A DNA stretch of 63,916 bases, the filler included, from Octopus bimaculoides (Eukaryota): the NCBI RefSeq assembly GCF_001194135.2. It is 6 parts of 5 records of this genome, joined end to end, with 100 filler letters (N's around TTAATTAATTAA, not from the genome) between each part and the next. Parts side by side here need not be neighbours in the genome. Positions count along the whole stretch, not along the records: positions 62,850 to 63,916 come from NW_026304501.1; 5 more parts are not named here. One strand, written 5' to 3'. Shown piece after piece: positions 63,170-63,916 of the stretch. Numbering within the stretch: the first letter of the stretch is position 1; each line of letters begins with the position of its first letter. A program made the translations under genes and the position numbers. Under the pieces are notes generated by a model that saw nothing but the letters and a program-made list of their open reading frames with translations, searched no databases and was not told where the DNA came from.

Positions 63170-63916
63170 ATACCCGACAGAGTGTAAGTATCTTGAGAGA
63201 AAAGTTGAACATAAGAAGCATCAGTTGTGGTGAAAATGGATGAGGATAGCTGCGTGAAAAATTGCCACACCCTAGCGGTTGAGGGAACCCGTGGAAAAGG
63301 CAAGGCCTAGGAAGACCTGGGATGAGGTGGTGAAGCACGACCTCCGAACATTAGGCCTCACTGAGGCAATGACTTGTGATCGTGATGTTTGGAAATATGC
63401 TGTGCGTGAGAAGACCCGCCAAGTCAAGTGAGACCAAAATCAAAAGGCCTCTGCTAGAGATGTAGCCAGCCCACTTACGCGTAACATTCTTTCATTGGAC
63501 ACAAAACCGTGCTTGTGAAGACATGTTGAGGCAAGTGAAATCGGAATTGAAATCGAACTAAATTTGTAGGAACACTAAACTCGGCTTGTGAAGACCTGTT
63601 GGGGCAAGCAAAAGCGAAATCGTGATGGCACCTGTACCAGTGGAGCACTAAGAGCAGCGTCTGAGCGCGATCGTTGCCAGAGCAGCTGTCTCGCTTCTGT
63701 GCCAGTGGCACGTAAATAGCACCAGCGTGATCGTTACCAACTTTGTCTTCCTGGCACTTGTGCCAGTAGCACGTGGAAAGACATTCAAGTGAGATGATTG
63801 CCAGTGCCGATGGACTGGCTCCTGTGCAGGTGGTACGTAAAATATACGATTTCGAGCATGGGCGTCGCCAGTACCACGTGACTGGCCTTCGTGCCGGTGG
63901 CACGTAAAAGCACCCA
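63170..63916 (+). mobile_element. RTE-clade LINE 3' end (ORF C-terminus plus 3' UTR)
   Basis: LREKLNIRSI…, MDEDSCVKNCHTLAVEGTRG, RPRKTWDEVVKHDLRTLGLTEAMTCDRDVWKYAV…* (stop 63431). The GC-richer UTR has a recurring gtgccagtggcacgt motif. Confidence 0.8.

Overview
AT-rich, microsatellite- and transposon-dense eukaryotic DNA. The SINE families and repeat landscape look cephalopod, most likely Octopus (inference). Five identical 100-bp spacers (44 N + TTAATTAATTAA + 44 N) are artificial scaffold joins, so the window is six separately assembled pieces and linkage across joins is uncertain. Two host genes are supported. (1) An intact 740-codon minus-strand ORF (25819-28041) in a single coding exon encodes a protein with a signal peptide, a ~200-aa six-cysteine ectodomain and roughly 9-11 hydrophobic segments. 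I cannot assign it to any named receptor, channel or transporter family. It is preceded by a splice acceptor, a cluster of STAT/GAS-type motifs and a hAT element nested inside a Dong/R4 retrotransposon. (2) Two plus-strand exons (58808-58943, 61150-61266) of an astacin metalloprotease with an EGF-like module. The rest is mostly decayed mobile DNA: several mariner lineages, a DD37D maT element, a foldback mariner derivative in two copies, Dong/R4, RTE, Tx1/L1-like, CR1-like, Penelope and probable AcademX remnants, and tRNA-type SINEs. Nearly all other ORFs in the supplied track are microsatellite or N-gap artefacts. The best candidate for an undescribed system is the orphan multi-pass membrane protein with its candidate STAT-responsive upstream region.
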